A stretch of 64,000 nt of DNA. It comes from Squalus acanthias (taxonomy: Eukaryota). The stretch spans positions 30,628,001 through 30,692,000 of the forward strand of contig CM059429.1 of assembly GCA_030390025.1 (NCBI GenBank), written 5' to 3'. Position numbers and translations under genes: made by a program. The notes beneath the pieces were generated by a model. It was not told the origin of the DNA, did not search any database, and worked only from the letters and a program-made list of their open reading frames with translations. This document shows, one piece after another, positions 24,701 to 38,452 of the stretch; position 1 is the stretch's first letter, and each line of letters opens with the position of its first letter.

Positions 24701-27700
24701 AAGTGGAATAATTCATACTGGTTATTCGGCACATTAATGGGAGGAGCAGCTGGGCCCTTAATTAACATCTAATATATCTTGCCTGGAAACACTTGATGTT
24801 GGCACTGAGTAATAATTGTTCCCTTCCCCACTTCTGCCATTTCTCATCCTGTTGAAGGTAAAATTAACTTAAACAATTGATACTAAAGATGCTGCATAAT
24901 AATATATTAAAAATGGAATGAGATCAGTGACTTTAGATTCACTGTTTTAACACCTATGCTTTCTTCAGCAAAGTAATTGATATGTTGTACTGTTTCGCTG
25001 ATCTTTCACTGAGTGGATGTGCTGGAGGTCTAATTTGGAACCCTTAACAAATTGCTTTATCATAGCTCTGTGTGACAGTGTTTTACAAATCTTTGGAAGC
25101 CAAATCTGACGCCTGACATCTTGGACCGATCCATGAAATGAGTGGGTTGAATATCTCAAATGAAACCACATTACTAGTCAGCTGGGGAAAATTCTAAGTT
25201 GAACTCTTGATTTGTGGCCACCACACTTTGTGCGTAGTATAATCAAGAGCGCCAAAACAAAAAGGAAGGAGTACTGTACTGTTCAGTTTACCCTGCACTG
25301 ATGACCTCCATTAGGTGAACACAGAGTAGAAATGGCAACAAGGACATAAAGTGTAGGACAAGAAAAGACTTTGATCCATCAACCCTGCTCATTTCATGGA
25401 CTGTGTATAATCTACCCATCGTGGACTTGAACCCTCCCACTTAATCTCTTGGCAAACCCATGTAATCACCTAAGAGATAGCTGTGCATAAGAATTCCCTA
25501 ATCATAAAAGGAAATCCAACAAAACAGCAAAATATTCGTCCAACCCCAGACCTCCATTATTCTTCTGCCCTGCACAGACAACAAATTCCCTTCCCCAGCA
25601 GCATCGGAATCCACATATTTCATTGGTGATTTGATCATGTCAGTCAGTACCATTCCTGTAACCTCCAATCCTGTTTCCAACCAGATACTTACACAACACA
25701 GAATCGAATGCCTTTGCTAGGAGTCTTTTACTAGTTTGTGGGAGTGGGGGAAGGTTTTTTTCTATTCCCATCTCTTAGTAAAAGAGTTGGTGACATAATA
25801 TAACCCTGCTGGTTGAAAGATAATTTAAGACGGGGCCTTTAAAGAAAAGGGAATAAAGCCTTCAAGTGCAAGCCTTTTTGAGATCACTAAATTGATTATG
25901 CCTATATGCAAGTGCTTAAATGAACAAAACGGGTGGAGAGAAGGAGAAAGTGCAAACTTTGTAAATTCAAAAACTTCCCAAGCAATTCTTGTTCAGCTTG
26001 AAGTTGGGAAAGACAGCTGTGGTTTGTGCTATTCACATTAGCTTTACCTAGTAGTGATTTATTCACGGTTACCTGATTCTGACTTGAATCTGTAGTTAGT
26101 AACACTGTGCTGATCTTGCCCGGACAACAGTGAGGCATGGAATTATGTTGCGTTGCATGTACTCCACACCTGCCAATATTCTATCTGCAGTAATAACCAA
26201 TGGGCTACTCGTTGGTGCAGTGGAGCACACAGAAATCATTGGAATGCATGCTTACACACTGCAATATATATATAAAATATATATATATATCAAAGCTTTT
26301 AGATTACCCACGCATCAGAATGTTTTGTGGTCAAGTTATTTTACGCGACAACTGTACGAAGACCAGCGTGAGCTGAAATCTGCTAGTTCTGCCTTCACTG
26401 GTCTGTTGTTGCAACGAAAGCATTTCCATAATGTGTGTCTGAACCATTGATTATAGTTTTTAAACTGGATTTTTGACTTTTCTACTTTTCACCTTCAATT
26501 TTATTTTTTTCTAGTTTTAAACTCATCTTGACATGACATATCTGTAAATTTTATTTACTTGATCTAAATTCTTTTACGGTTTATTAAAATTAAATAATTT
26601 CTGTTTATTACATCCTGTTTTTATTTTCTGACCTCTTTAAATCTTTCTTTGCCATATATTTATTTCATCATTTGTTGACTTCAACTTTTTTCAAAAGGGA
26701 TATTTGTTTTTGTTTTGAGGTGTGTTAGCTTTAATTCTTCACTGGTCTGTTACTTTCACGGAGATATCTCAAGTTTATCTGTGTTTCATTTATTTTGCTT
26801 TCTGTTTGGCTGCTACAGTATTTGCAGCTACTAAACAAATTAATCACAGTAATATCAAGATTCCTATGACCAGAGGAATATTGAAATGGACAATAAAAGC
26901 TGTCATTTTTAAGCATGGTACTTTTGTTATAGGTAGTTCTTCATTTGCCACTGGGCCACCTAGAGGCAGAAACTGAGTACTGCAGCACAATATAAGGCCT
27001 GGCCACCGTCCATTGATTTTTTAAAAAATGACTAGTCCAACCTTTTAGCAGATCTCAGACCAGTGGAATTTTTTTAACTTGATGGGATTCACAAGTTGTT
27101 AGGATACTGTATTTATCCTTACGGCAGGGACATTTTTAGCTGACTAAAATAGTGAAAATAGTTTTACACAAACAAATAAATTGCATGCTGTAAAAGCATT
27201 TTCTTTTTCATAGCCAGATAGATGAATCATTCTTTTCCATGTAAAACCCAATAAAAGCTGTCATGCCATATTTTTCCTCAGCCTGGGTTATTTAAGAGTT
27301 TTTAAGATATGTGGCAGTTAATGGCTGAGGCTGGCTTGCTTGCATTTCAAAGTGTGCTACGTTATAGTTGCGCAATAATAAATGCAAGGTTGACTGCTTA
27401 TTTTAGTACACGGGATTGTTCTAATATAAGGCAGATCTATGTGCTAAATACAGAATCTTGTGTGCTGAAAACTTGATAAATACACACCTTTATGTTTATT
27501 ATTGCCATTAGATTGCAGGTATGTTCAGTTTTTCTGGTGTATTGCTGTCAATGATTATATTGATAATGCAGCAGCTGGCCCAGTGCAGAACAATGAAATA
27601 CTATGAAGCCACATTGGTGCTGAACCTGGTGGATTTTACTGTGATTCGCAGCAAATCAGTAAACCACCTTTAGGGACTTCCTGTAATCTAATGAAAAGTA

Positions 27701-28904
27701 TTTTCTGTTGAACTGTTTACTAGAATGCTGATTTTTTTTTTTTCAAGTGTTAACTTCAGTGTTCATTTTCCTGCCTGGCAGAACCTCACTTCCATAGCTC
27801 TAATTTTGATAAACTAATGATCTACACACCATGTACAAATTTCGGATGAAGTACTAATATCTAATACTAATACACTGCTTCTTGAATTCAAAAATTATAT
27901 GCAACAGAAGCCGTGGTAAAAATCATTGGATCTCTTAATTTCTGCCAATCTGGGGGTAATTAAGCAAGCCAGTGGAAAAGCTTTATCATAATATTGTAGC
28001 CTTTTTTATTTCTGAGTAGAAGCTGCTGAAGTAATTACATAATTCTTTCCTTTGTAACATCTAGTGACACATTAAATGATGTAACATAAGAGAGCTATTG
28101 GCTCATATCAAAACGATACTCTTGGAGTACTGTTGTGACAACATAAATCAATAGTCATTGATTGTTATGCACAACTTAACTGTACATATATTCGGACAGA
28201 CTGAGTCCATTTTACAGGTGTGATGTATGGGGTTTTCTGGAGCTTTTTAATAAAATTGGTATTTTGGTACTTTGCTGGTAGATTCTGAAAATCAACAATA
28301 ATGATTGGGTAATCTGTTGATTTGAATGCCAAGGTTGCTATTTTGGACTGTGTATAGTATGCTCATGCATGCAGACATAGAAAACTAACAAAGCTGACCA
28401 ACAGGTTCACAAAAAGTGACAGCCCCAGAAAAGCTGAGAACTGAAAAACATTCCTGAATATATGCGTTATGACACATGAAGCTAAGGGATGCAGTAAGAC
28501 ATGTGCTGATCATCAGTTAAGCTGCAGGTGCACCCACCATTTAATCACTTTTATCGTAGTGGAAAATTCCTGAAGTACATAAAAGCACAGTTTGCAGCAA
28601 TGGTGAATATTGAAATTATTGAGGGAGAATGTGAATGCTGAAGGCATGAGATTTATTTTCTATGAGATCTGGGGGGCATGCCACTCCCAGAGGTTTTGAT
28701 TTTTGACACTATCTTGTGCATTTTCCAACATTTTGGAGCCTATCATAATTCTGATTTTTTTTTAAGCCGAAACTAGTTTCTCCTGGAAAAATTTAGAGAT
28801 ATTTTATGTATGAAAAAAGTAGTTGTACAGATTTCAATGCAACTTTACAGATGACGCTAAAATAAATGGGTTAATGCGCTCCTGTTAAAATAATGTCAAA
28901 TAAT

Positions 28905-29370
28905 AGCTTACATTTGTATAGAACCTTTAACATAGAACAATGCCTTAAAGCGCTTCACAGAGGTGTAATCAAAAAAATGGATGCTGCGCCAAAGTAGGAG
29001 GTATTAGCAGGGATGCCAAAGAGATGGGTTTTAAGGAGGGCCTTAAAGGAAGACAGGGTGGTGGAGGGATTTAGAAGGGAATTCCAGAGCTTGGGACTGA
29101 TGCAGCTGAAAGCATGACCTCCAATGGTGGGGCGAAGGGTGAGTTGATGCACAAGAGTTCAGTGTCCGAAGAATGGAGAGTTTGAAAGGGGAGTTGTCGG
29201 GCTGGAGGAGGTTACAGAGATAGGGAGGAGATGAGCCCTGAAGGCATTTAAACACGAGGATGAGAATTTTAGTTTTGACGTGTTGGGAAACCAATAGCCA
29301 TTGTACTCAGTGAGGGCAGGGGTGATGGGTGAGTGGGACTTGGTGCGGGATAGGATTGGGACAGCACAGT
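28905..29370 (-). mobile_element. L2-clade LINE 3' fragment
   Basis: KILILVFKCLQGSSPPYLCNLL..GGHAFSCISPKLWNSL..SFKALLKTHLF plus a 3' tail. Confidence 0.8.
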
Positions 29371-31492
29371 TTTTAACAATGCATTAAACATTCACCCATT
29401 ATTATTGCCAACAGTAATTTCTGGCCTATGTTGTTCTTTTGAATCTGTCAAAGTTTACTTAGTTGTACCAAAAATAAAATATTACGCATTACAATCATTT
29501 TTTAAAATAAAGTGTGCAAAAATATGATTTTCAGGAATAGGCATGGGGAGCTGAATTTTGTGCCCTCAGACACACTTGTTTGCTTCCAGTCTGGAAGTTG
29601 CCAATCTATTATACCCTAATTGATTATTAATATCACCCCTCATGTTTCCCCATAGATGTTGACCGCTTTAAAATAGGTATTGTGGGCGGTCTTCCTGGTT
29701 ACTTTAAACAAATTGAATGCACCTAAGTTACATGACATAACAGGGCACTGTGACTCGCATACATAGAAACCAGTCGTCTGCACCCCACGTCACAGCAGTA
29801 CATTGCAGTAAAATCCTAAATCTAGGAATCTCATTGTTAATTTCTTAAATTAAGTAAAGCATCACCACATCTACTCCACTCTATTTCCAAATCCTGGTAA
29901 TTCCACCAGATTGGTGACGGGAATACTCAGTAAAGCTAATTACTGCATACACATTAGGGAACGTCCTATTTATTTCAAAAAAGTGGTTGCTACTAGTCTT
30001 GAAGAAAGTAAACTTTCATATAAGACAGCAAGCAGGAAACACCAGAAAGTTCCTTTGAGGAAAATTGTAATATTTTAATAGCTTCATTTTAGCATTTACA
30101 ACAACTTTGGTGACAAACGCTAAATAAAAACACCTGTAACTGTGACGCTCAAAAGCCATCGGTTCATCTCAAAACATTTCCGACGCAAGTGTGTACACAA
30201 CCAACAATGGGGGAAAAAATAGTTCTGGCCACCTCCAATTCTACCCTGCGACTCCTGTTGTGCCTTCTGACTGACCTGATTAGCTCATGTTGACAATCTC
30301 CAATGCCAGTGGATAAAAGCTGATTTCTCTTGTGAAATACTGACAAACTGACTGTCCGGCTCGAAAAGCTGACCGTTGGCACGTATGCATGTGACTGAGG
30401 CAAAATTATGAATGTTTGCTGCAGTTACTGTGATCTTTGACATCTGTGAACTGTAATCAGGAGTGGAATGAAAGTTTTTTCTTTAGTGAAGGGAACATTG
30501 TCTGGATAGATACTTTATGCCACTACTGCTTACATGTACATCACTTTTTTTCTTGATGGCCAAATTTTCTACTTGATAAGAGAACGTTAGATAAATTTAT
30601 CCAAAAATTGTTACGTGGTGACTTACTAAAGGACTTAAGGAACTGCCACAATGGCACACTGAAAATTCTACATATGTAAAATGTCTTGATTATTTTTACT
30701 TGTTACTGTAAATTTTGTTTCAGCAGAGCACATATTCCTTACTTCCAGTGTTTTGATTTATCAGAGTTTTCCTAGGGGTCAGATGGCTATCGTATTGCAC
30801 TTGTCAGAACCTTGCTTTGATCAATACGTAGTATATCCAGCATTCATTATAAGGCTGCCCTTTGGAGTATAGTCCCAGATATAAGGTTACAGGATCCGCG
30901 TTTTAGTTCGTTATCATGTTATGTTTTGTAGTATGCGATATGCACTGTAGCACAAGCTGTATAATAAAAAGTTTAACTCAAAAGAGCAATTTTTTTCCAA
31001 AATTTCTGATCCTGTTTGATACTAATTTGAGAAAAGTTAGTAAAATCCATAAAGAAAAGTTTGTTGAGTCTAGAGTAAAATGCAGTTGAATTTCTGTCTA
31101 AACTATTGCTGACTCAAAAATCAACTATATTATGAAATAATTTCAAACCATTATTTCCAGAGCTGTAATAAAAGCTTCTGATACTGGTTCACCAACATCA
31201 GCCAGCTTTGGTAGATTTAAAAAAAATTATTTTCATTTCCTTAAGATCTAGGAATTGAGTTAACTTTTTAAGTTTATTTTGATGCAGATCTATAACAGCC
31301 GGTTATTATCCATTTGTGTCATTTTCTGTGGTAAAACTAAAACTACCACAGAGCAAGTTTTGTAAGGAAAAAGTCATTGAAATAAGGCAGAATACTGTAG
31401 GCATCTTTCCCCAAGACTGTCCCTCGCTAATTATGTGCAGGCTGTTGGACTCTCTTGCCTAAAGCTTTCTCCTCTGCTTCTTTCTGTAACAG

Positions 31493-31573
31493 AATGGCTT
31501 TGAACCGCACTTCTTCTTTGAGGTTGACAGTAACACCGATACCATTAAACGGAGGCCTGGCTCACACAGCAAG
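31493..31573 (+). CDS. LRCH3: Probable LRCH3 cassette exon, 81 nt, phase 0-0 (NGFEPHFFFEVDSNTDTIKRRPGSHSK)
   Basis: Long pyrimidine tract + aacag, aag|gtgact donor; frame-preserving with no stop; homology not recognised. Confidence 0.6.
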
Positions 31574-32786
31574 GTGACTGAGCAGCTTGTGTGGAGTTTG
31601 TGGCTTTGTATAGATTCTTGTATTTTTACATTCTATGCATGAAATGGTGGCTGGCTGTGGTTCCTTTCACCAGACCAGACTTGACAGTTTAAAAAAAAAA
31701 AGACACTCAGAATAGAATTAGGTTTGTGCTGTTATTTTCACATTTTATATGGAGTCAATAATGTTTTGTCTGCCATGTTTTGTTATTAATGAGCCATTTG
31801 AGAGAGGTACAAATCAGGAAAGGTTAAAATGATTACAAAGCTCCCAACATTTAAAATAAACATTAAGCCAAACTATCTAGTGTATTTACACAGATTTTGG
31901 TGATCTAATATTTTAGGCAATGCAGTGGGCTGGTGAAAGGTTCTACCCAATCTGCATGTGGAGACTAACTTTTGAATTGCAAGACTATCTTCATCCTTTT
32001 TAATTCTATTTTACCCAAACCACTTGATCTTTTTTAAATTAAAAAAAAAAAATGGGACCAGATCGTACATAATGCAGAACTGGAAATTATAAATCCTTTG
32101 AGGATTGCATTAGTATTTTTGCACCATGTCCAAAGATTCTACGTTCTTACAAATTCCCGACCTGTGCAGCCAGTAAAACGTCAGATATGCCCTGGATCAG
32201 AATTTTAATTTTCCCACACGTTACAATGTTTTATATTGTGTTCGTTTACTGTAATACAGAATTCTTAATGTTTTATTTAAAAAAAAAAGATTTCCAGTAA
32301 ATTAAAGGATATTTTTAAAAATGAGATTTTATTTTCATACCCTAATGTAAATACAGTTTATTTAAATGGTGTTTGTTTTGAAATGCAGTCTGCTTATGCC
32401 ACTAGTGCAGCAATGCAACTTCTACAAAGTATGCTGCTGTAATGTGTGTAAACTGGGATATAGAAACAGAAGAATTTTTAGGCCTTAATTTTATCGTAGA
32501 TTAATCCTGTTTACCCATCTCCTCACCAGACAATACAATTTGCATGCATTAGCTATGAGAAATTTTATTATAAAATATTGAACCAAAGTACAAGTCTTTC
32601 CTTGCACTATATATCCTGATTGTATTCTGTATACAGTAATTAATTGGAGTGCCTCTTAAATGATCTTTCATTCTTATGTAGACAATTATTTCATCCCAGA
32701 TACTGAAAGCTATTCTTTCACCTGTCTCTTATCCTCTCTCCCTCTATCTCTATCGCTAACGTAGAAAAACTCTTCATGCTGACTAG

Positions 32787-32798
32787 GAGACCCTAACG
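32787..32798 (+). CDS. LRCH3: Candidate LRCH3 12-nt microexon (ETLT)
   Basis: UC-rich tract, then catgctgactag|gagaccctaacg|gtacgt; frame-preserving. Confidence 0.4.
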
Positions 32799-35111
32799 GT
32801 ACGTGCCGCTCATATTAAAAAAAAAAGCTAGAAAATGTAGACATTCCCTGGCCCAGGACATGTTTTAATCTGAGTGTGAAACAAGCTCGTGTGAGAAAAG
32901 GGAAATCGGAGCTCTGCATTTATGCTTAATTATGTGAAATATAAGGCCTGTGCAACCAAATTAGTAATTGATATTGCCAGATTTGAGCTGTAGAAAACTT
33001 CTGCAATAATCAAACACACACAAAACCTGTTGTATTACAGTCAAATCTTGATGGATACAAAATCTAAAGTGAAAAATTTGGATCACTTATTTAGTAAGAA
33101 AAGGCACAGCAACCACTCTTCAATTCCAAAGTAAATTGTGCACTGACAAATTTCTTGTAACATTTTGAACACGGACCCCTTACCCTCACTACCACCAAAA
33201 AAAACTTGGCTTATTTGGGTCGTAAAATTTACACAGGAGAGTTTCAAAGATAACCACAGTTCTCCTAAATGAATTTGAGCAGACTCATTGTGGAGGTCAT
33301 TCACAAAGAAAGCTTGCATTTGATTTCAGGGGAGTGTAAATGATGGAAAACTGAGCATCCTTGTCCCGGTATGGATTCAGTCTGCAGTGAAATGCAGCCT
33401 TACAACTTTGGTGTTAGCATCTGGACTTTGGTAATAGAAAACTCAAAGTATGATATGTTAAAGTGTGCCTGTTTCCTTCTCTGGTCACAACAGACCTTCT
33501 TATGTTCTCACCAAACACATTTGTTTAGCTACCGACCAGTACTGCTGAATAGTTATAAATACATGTATGTTTTTTTAAAAAAACTTAACTGCTGACATTG
33601 CATGTTGTATAAAATGGACTTGAACATACTTCAGCAGAAGAGTTAGAAATTTTCTCAAAAAAGCATTGTTTGTGTTTTTGTGACTGAATCCATACCGGGA
33701 CAAGGATGTTCAGTTTTCCGTCATTTACACTCCCCTCAAGAACAAACTTACATTCTTGGAATTGGAGGTTAAAAGTTATCCTTGGAAAAGGCCAAATTCT
33801 TGGGTCTGATGAGCCAGTACTGATGCATGCTGACCTATCACATTTGTATTGTATATGGGGCACATCAATCTGCTAACTAACAATGTCCTTGTCGGTCTCT
33901 CTGCCACTTGGGTTCACCTGCCTCAGCTCAGAAAATAAGTGTTCAGTTCTGACCCACTAGCTGGAATATCTTGCTGCAGCTCTGGTTGACAAAAGTGTGC
34001 CTAATTGGTGGCAGAAAAAAACTGTCATAGTCAATTCCCCACAGTGCAAGTGTTGCATCCAGTAATTAGTCATCAAGTTGCATTGTTGGTTATTAACTAA
34101 GCAGCTCCTCATAGTTTTGGGTTGATGACTCATTCCGGTGGGGAGGGGGAGGGTGGGCGGGAGGAGAGAGAAAAGGATCAGGGATAAAAATCTGGAAGAA
34201 AGAAGACTTTGTAAATTTAGACTTTCCTAAGTTGTGTAGCCTATGAATATTAACACTGATAACGTCATGAAACCAGAAAGGATGTTAAATCCAAAAATAA
34301 TTGTTTCACTTCTGCCACTTCGATTATAATACAGCCTTGACACAAATAATCAAAGTTGTTTTTGTTATTTTTATTAAGAAACCCTATGTGAGGGGCCAAA
34401 GCTGCACAACCAAGGTTGAAGAAAGAGAAAGGGGCATGAATGGAAAATAAAAGCGATTGATGCCATAGTTGGATTTCAAAAATCTAGATTATAGGAGGAA
34501 GGAGACAACGCTAGAGCTAAAGGGTTCCACACTTTGAGGTCAAAAGAATGAGTTGGAGAAGATGTGATGAGTCTTGATTTCAACATACTGATCGCAGTCC
34601 CCTTGTAATAAAGTACTGAGCACGATTGAAGCACCTGCCATCCAGCCTGACTCGGGTCTGGGTGCATGAGCTTGTTTTCTGATGAAAGATAGTTCTGAAA
34701 TTAACAATATTCTAAGAATGCAGAATGTCAGTACCTTGCTGTACTTCATCCAATTCTAGCACGACTACAGTAGGGTTGTGATTTAGGTGAAAATTATCTG
34801 ATGTACATGCCTATTTTGTGTATGTCTGCTCATGCCTTGAATTTAGGAAAACGTGCTATTCCATTCATTTCTCCATTTGAGATAGAACATCAGCATACAA
34901 TAATGTGGGAGAAGCTTTTTCTGTTCAGTGTAAAAAAAATCATAAACAAGTTCGTGATATACCTATTTACGATTGTGGTGTAAATCATCCAAAAATGCAG
35001 TTCCTTAACCTTCCCTTCCTGCTACAGGCTTTTGAAGCCAAAGTTTGCTGTTGTCTGAGCATAGCTTCTTGATTTATTTCATCTTCTCTCCTGCTTCTTT
35101 CAACTTTGTAG

Positions 35112-35123
35112 ATGTCTTATGCA
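35112..35123 (+). CDS. LRCH3: Candidate LRCH3 12-nt microexon (MSYA)
   Basis: cttctctcctgcttctttcaactttgtag|atgtcttatgca|gtaagt; consensus intronic donor; phase 0-0. Confidence 0.55.
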
Positions 35124-36996
35124 GTAAGTCTTGACCCTTCACCTCAGCTTCTCAGTAAAAGGTCCATTGTCATTTTACTGCTGATTAGTGTTATATCTAT
35201 GTATTTCTTAGATAAATATTCACAATTCCATTATTTGTAGAATGGCCACCCTATTTAAATGCTAGTTAAACAAGCTCTGAAGATGGGAATAAGCCTTGTT
35301 GATCCAAAAAGATCATCTATGAAGACATCTTCACTTGGTCCAAAGAAGTAATTTCCAAAGAAGATAATACAGAACGTCACCTGACCTTTATCCTCCCACT
35401 GAGAGACTGCTGGATCAGAGCCCTGTTTCAGAGCCTTGTAGAGACCTTCAAGGACATTTCATCCATCGCTGCTGCCTATCAAACTCTGTCTTAACATAGG
35501 CTTTTTTTCCTGTTTCCTTTGCTAATCTTTTTTTCACCAATCACCATCAGATACATAAGAATTCCTTCTTTGACCCTGCCTTATGCCAATGCCTTCAGAC
35601 CTATCTGGGTATCTTCATTTCATTCTCACAACAAAGTGGCCATTGCAAGATCCATATGATTGTTTACCGTGGACCTTAATAGTGTAAAAAAAATCTACTT
35701 TTCAAAGATACATTAAGTAGATTTATTAAAAATAATTAATGTTATAAACTAAACTAGAAAATATTATCCATTCAATAAAATAAAGAAGTCTGCATTTGGG
35801 AGTTAACTAAGTGAGATTCCACTCGAGACTTAAGTAAGCATATGTATTATGTGGGAGGGTATTTATTGAGCCATACAAGCCAAAAGGTCCTTGGTCTTTG
35901 CTGTTAATCAATCTCAGTTGGAGAAGCATTTAGGGATGCCAGAATCTCTTCACTTTTGGGCAGTGGGGGATGCCTGGGTAAAAAATGGTGCCTTTGGAGC
36001 TTACCACAGAATGGGTTAGTGCTTTCAGATGCATTTTTTTGAAGGTGCCAACTTGCAGTGTGGTTCTGTAGGCACTGGTAGCCCTTTCATACATCAACCA
36101 AGTGCCCGTTTTTTGGGTGTGAGCCTATACAGTGATTGTCATCAGACTGTTTAACTGGAGGGTACCTTATCAGAGGCCTAATCTGCCCTCATCCACCAGC
36201 CATGTGTACCTATTTCCCAGCTGGAGTCACTGGATAGCACTTGCAAGTGGGAGGAACCCTGGCTGACCCATTTCTCCCTCCTGTCCAGGTTGCTCAACAC
36301 CGATGGGATCAAACCTGAGATCTGTCTGGCATGGATGGCTTACTACTGGCCCACTGGGGGCATTTGCTTAAAAGGATTATGATGTACAATAGTATAAGTA
36401 GATTTTTCTATATAGAATAATTTCAACTCTCAGTGTTCTTTCAGTGTCTTACAAAGAGTACAGTCTATTTGCAAGTAAAATCTGTTGTGTGATGCCTTGT
36501 GTAATGAAACTAGTAGAACTGAGTCAATTACAAACCAATTAGATTCGATTTGACTTTGTCAGTTCATATTTAGAGATTAGATTTGATTTTGGAATTAAAT
36601 GGGATGAAATAAGCCTCCTTATTCAGGTCCCCTCCAGACTGACTGCCCTGTATAGCTACAGTTGTGTTACCAGTAACCTGCACAGGGAAAATGCACACCT
36701 AAGTTTTCCTAACTTGAATTAACCATTTTATTTAACTGGATCAAAAATTGTTACAAAGTGAATTGATTTAGATCCCCTGTTTACAGTTTAATCCGATACT
36801 TTTGTCTGAAGGAATGAAAAAAGTGTTAATGTGCTTTGGCATTGAAGAGGAAGCAAGATGCATTGCAGAAAGGCTGTCTGCTATTCTGAAGCAAGCTGAG
36901 TTTAATACAGCGAGAGCTTGCTCCACACTCCTTATTTCTAATCCCTCAGAGCAGTTTATCTGCTACTGTAAAAGTTCTTGATCTTCTTTCTCATAG

Positions 36997-37057
36997 AGTG
37001 AAGAAAGACCACCTGTGTCACCGAGTGCCTCTATTACCCAATCATCTGTCCATATAG
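36997..37057 (+). CDS. LRCH3: LRCH3 exon (SEERPPVSPSASITQSSVHI)
   Basis: ttctcatag/gtaaga; phase 0 to 1; similar to human SDDRP. Confidence 0.88.
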
Positions 37058-37487
37058 GTAAGAGAAAACTAATTGTAAAAACCTTTGTACTGTCACTCGG
37101 TCTATATATGTAACATGTTTGTGTATTTTGTGTTTTCTCCATTTGATGGCAAGCGAAGCATTTATTTTTCCTTGTTTAGTGCTAGTATTAAGCAATATTG
37201 CTTTGTGTTAAAGGTAAATCTTGATACAAAGAACAAAATTCAGCTATGTGATTAAATTTTGCAGTATTATCTATCAAGTTAGTTAACAAAAATATGATAT
37301 AGAGTGTCTTATAAAATGTGCAGTGAGTCTGATATGGCACGTGTTGTTCATAAAGCTCTGAACCCCCTCCAATAACCTGTTCGAATACCTCTGCCTTTGC
37401 AAATCCCATAACACCTAGTTAAACTCCTCCAGATAGAAAGTAGGGAGACTGGCGATGCATTGATGTGAGTAAGTCTACCGATTTTAC

Positions 37488-37835
37488 CTGATGGCTCGTG
37501 GTAAATGGAACTGGGTGTGTGGTACTGACAAACAGAGTTCCATCCTTGATCTGTGTTGAGTTAGCTGATCTCAGTGGGGCCTATGTTGCTGTACTACAAT
37601 TTGTCTCAATATCATTTGGCTTAAAGGAGAGACAAATCAGTCCTGCTCTTGGTAAGTATCCGGCATTCCCTGCTGGTGATGTTGGGGTCACGCTCAACTG
37701 TTATCACCCCTCCCCAGTTAAATAGCCTGCACATCTCGCTGTCTTGGCTCACGGATGAAAAAGAGCTACTTGGTGATTTAATGGAGGCCTATTGGTGCCA
37801 GCAAAAGTAACTGGCTTCAGGACAGGAGAGGAAAA
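37488..37835 (+). mobile_element. Old tRNA-derived SINE-like repeat
   Basis: cctgatggctcgtggtaaatg..gagttagctgatctcag..ttaaatagcctgc..cttcaggacaggagagg. Confidence 0.6.
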
Positions 37836-38335
37836 AATTATACTACTTTTGAGTCTGGATCCCAAATAACTGCAGGCTTTACAAAACCTTGGTATACATC
37901 ACCTATTCCACAAAACAATACCCTGTTATATACTGAAGCCTCCTTATGTAAATAAAAAGAATAAAACTTACAAATGCTGGAAATACAAAATAAAAATAAA
38001 AAGTGCTCGAAATACACAACAGGTTTGTCAGCATCCAGATAACATTTTGGATACAGAAAGAAATGAGTATTAGCTGTGAAACCTAAACTATGTGCTCACC
38101 ATTAAAAACTTGTCATCACTTTTAAACCAACCCATCCCTAATGCACCAAACCATTTATCACCTACCTTAATATTGCAGTGTTACTGTATTATGCTAGTTT
38201 GATATTTACCCATTTTAATATTTGTTTTCTCATTTCTATCTCTATTTCTTGCTTCTACTGATTGTTGATTAAACTCTATTTCTGAATCTTATCATCAAAT
38301 TCTGCTCATTCTTACACTCTTGTCTCTGGCTGCAG

Positions 38336-38452
38336 TCCAGCCTGCCCCTCCTTATCCTAGTTCTTCTCCCCACTCTTACAAACAGCCCACACACGCTTAT
38401 CGGCCTGAGAACTTCCTCTTGAGAGCAGCCATGAGAGATGAGATGAAGAAAG
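38336..38452 (+). CDS. LRCH3: LRCH3 exon, phase 1-1 (VQPAPPYPSSSPHSYKQPTHAYRPENFLLRAAMRDEMKK)
   Basis: ctgcag/gtaggt; homologous to human QRPESFLFRAGVRAETNK. Confidence 0.9.

Noticed and set aside
26319-26400. Possible LRCH3 exon ending SSAFT (human has HSSAFTPLK)
   Set aside because: Weak acceptor and no frame-compatible donor; similarity limited to 5 residues.
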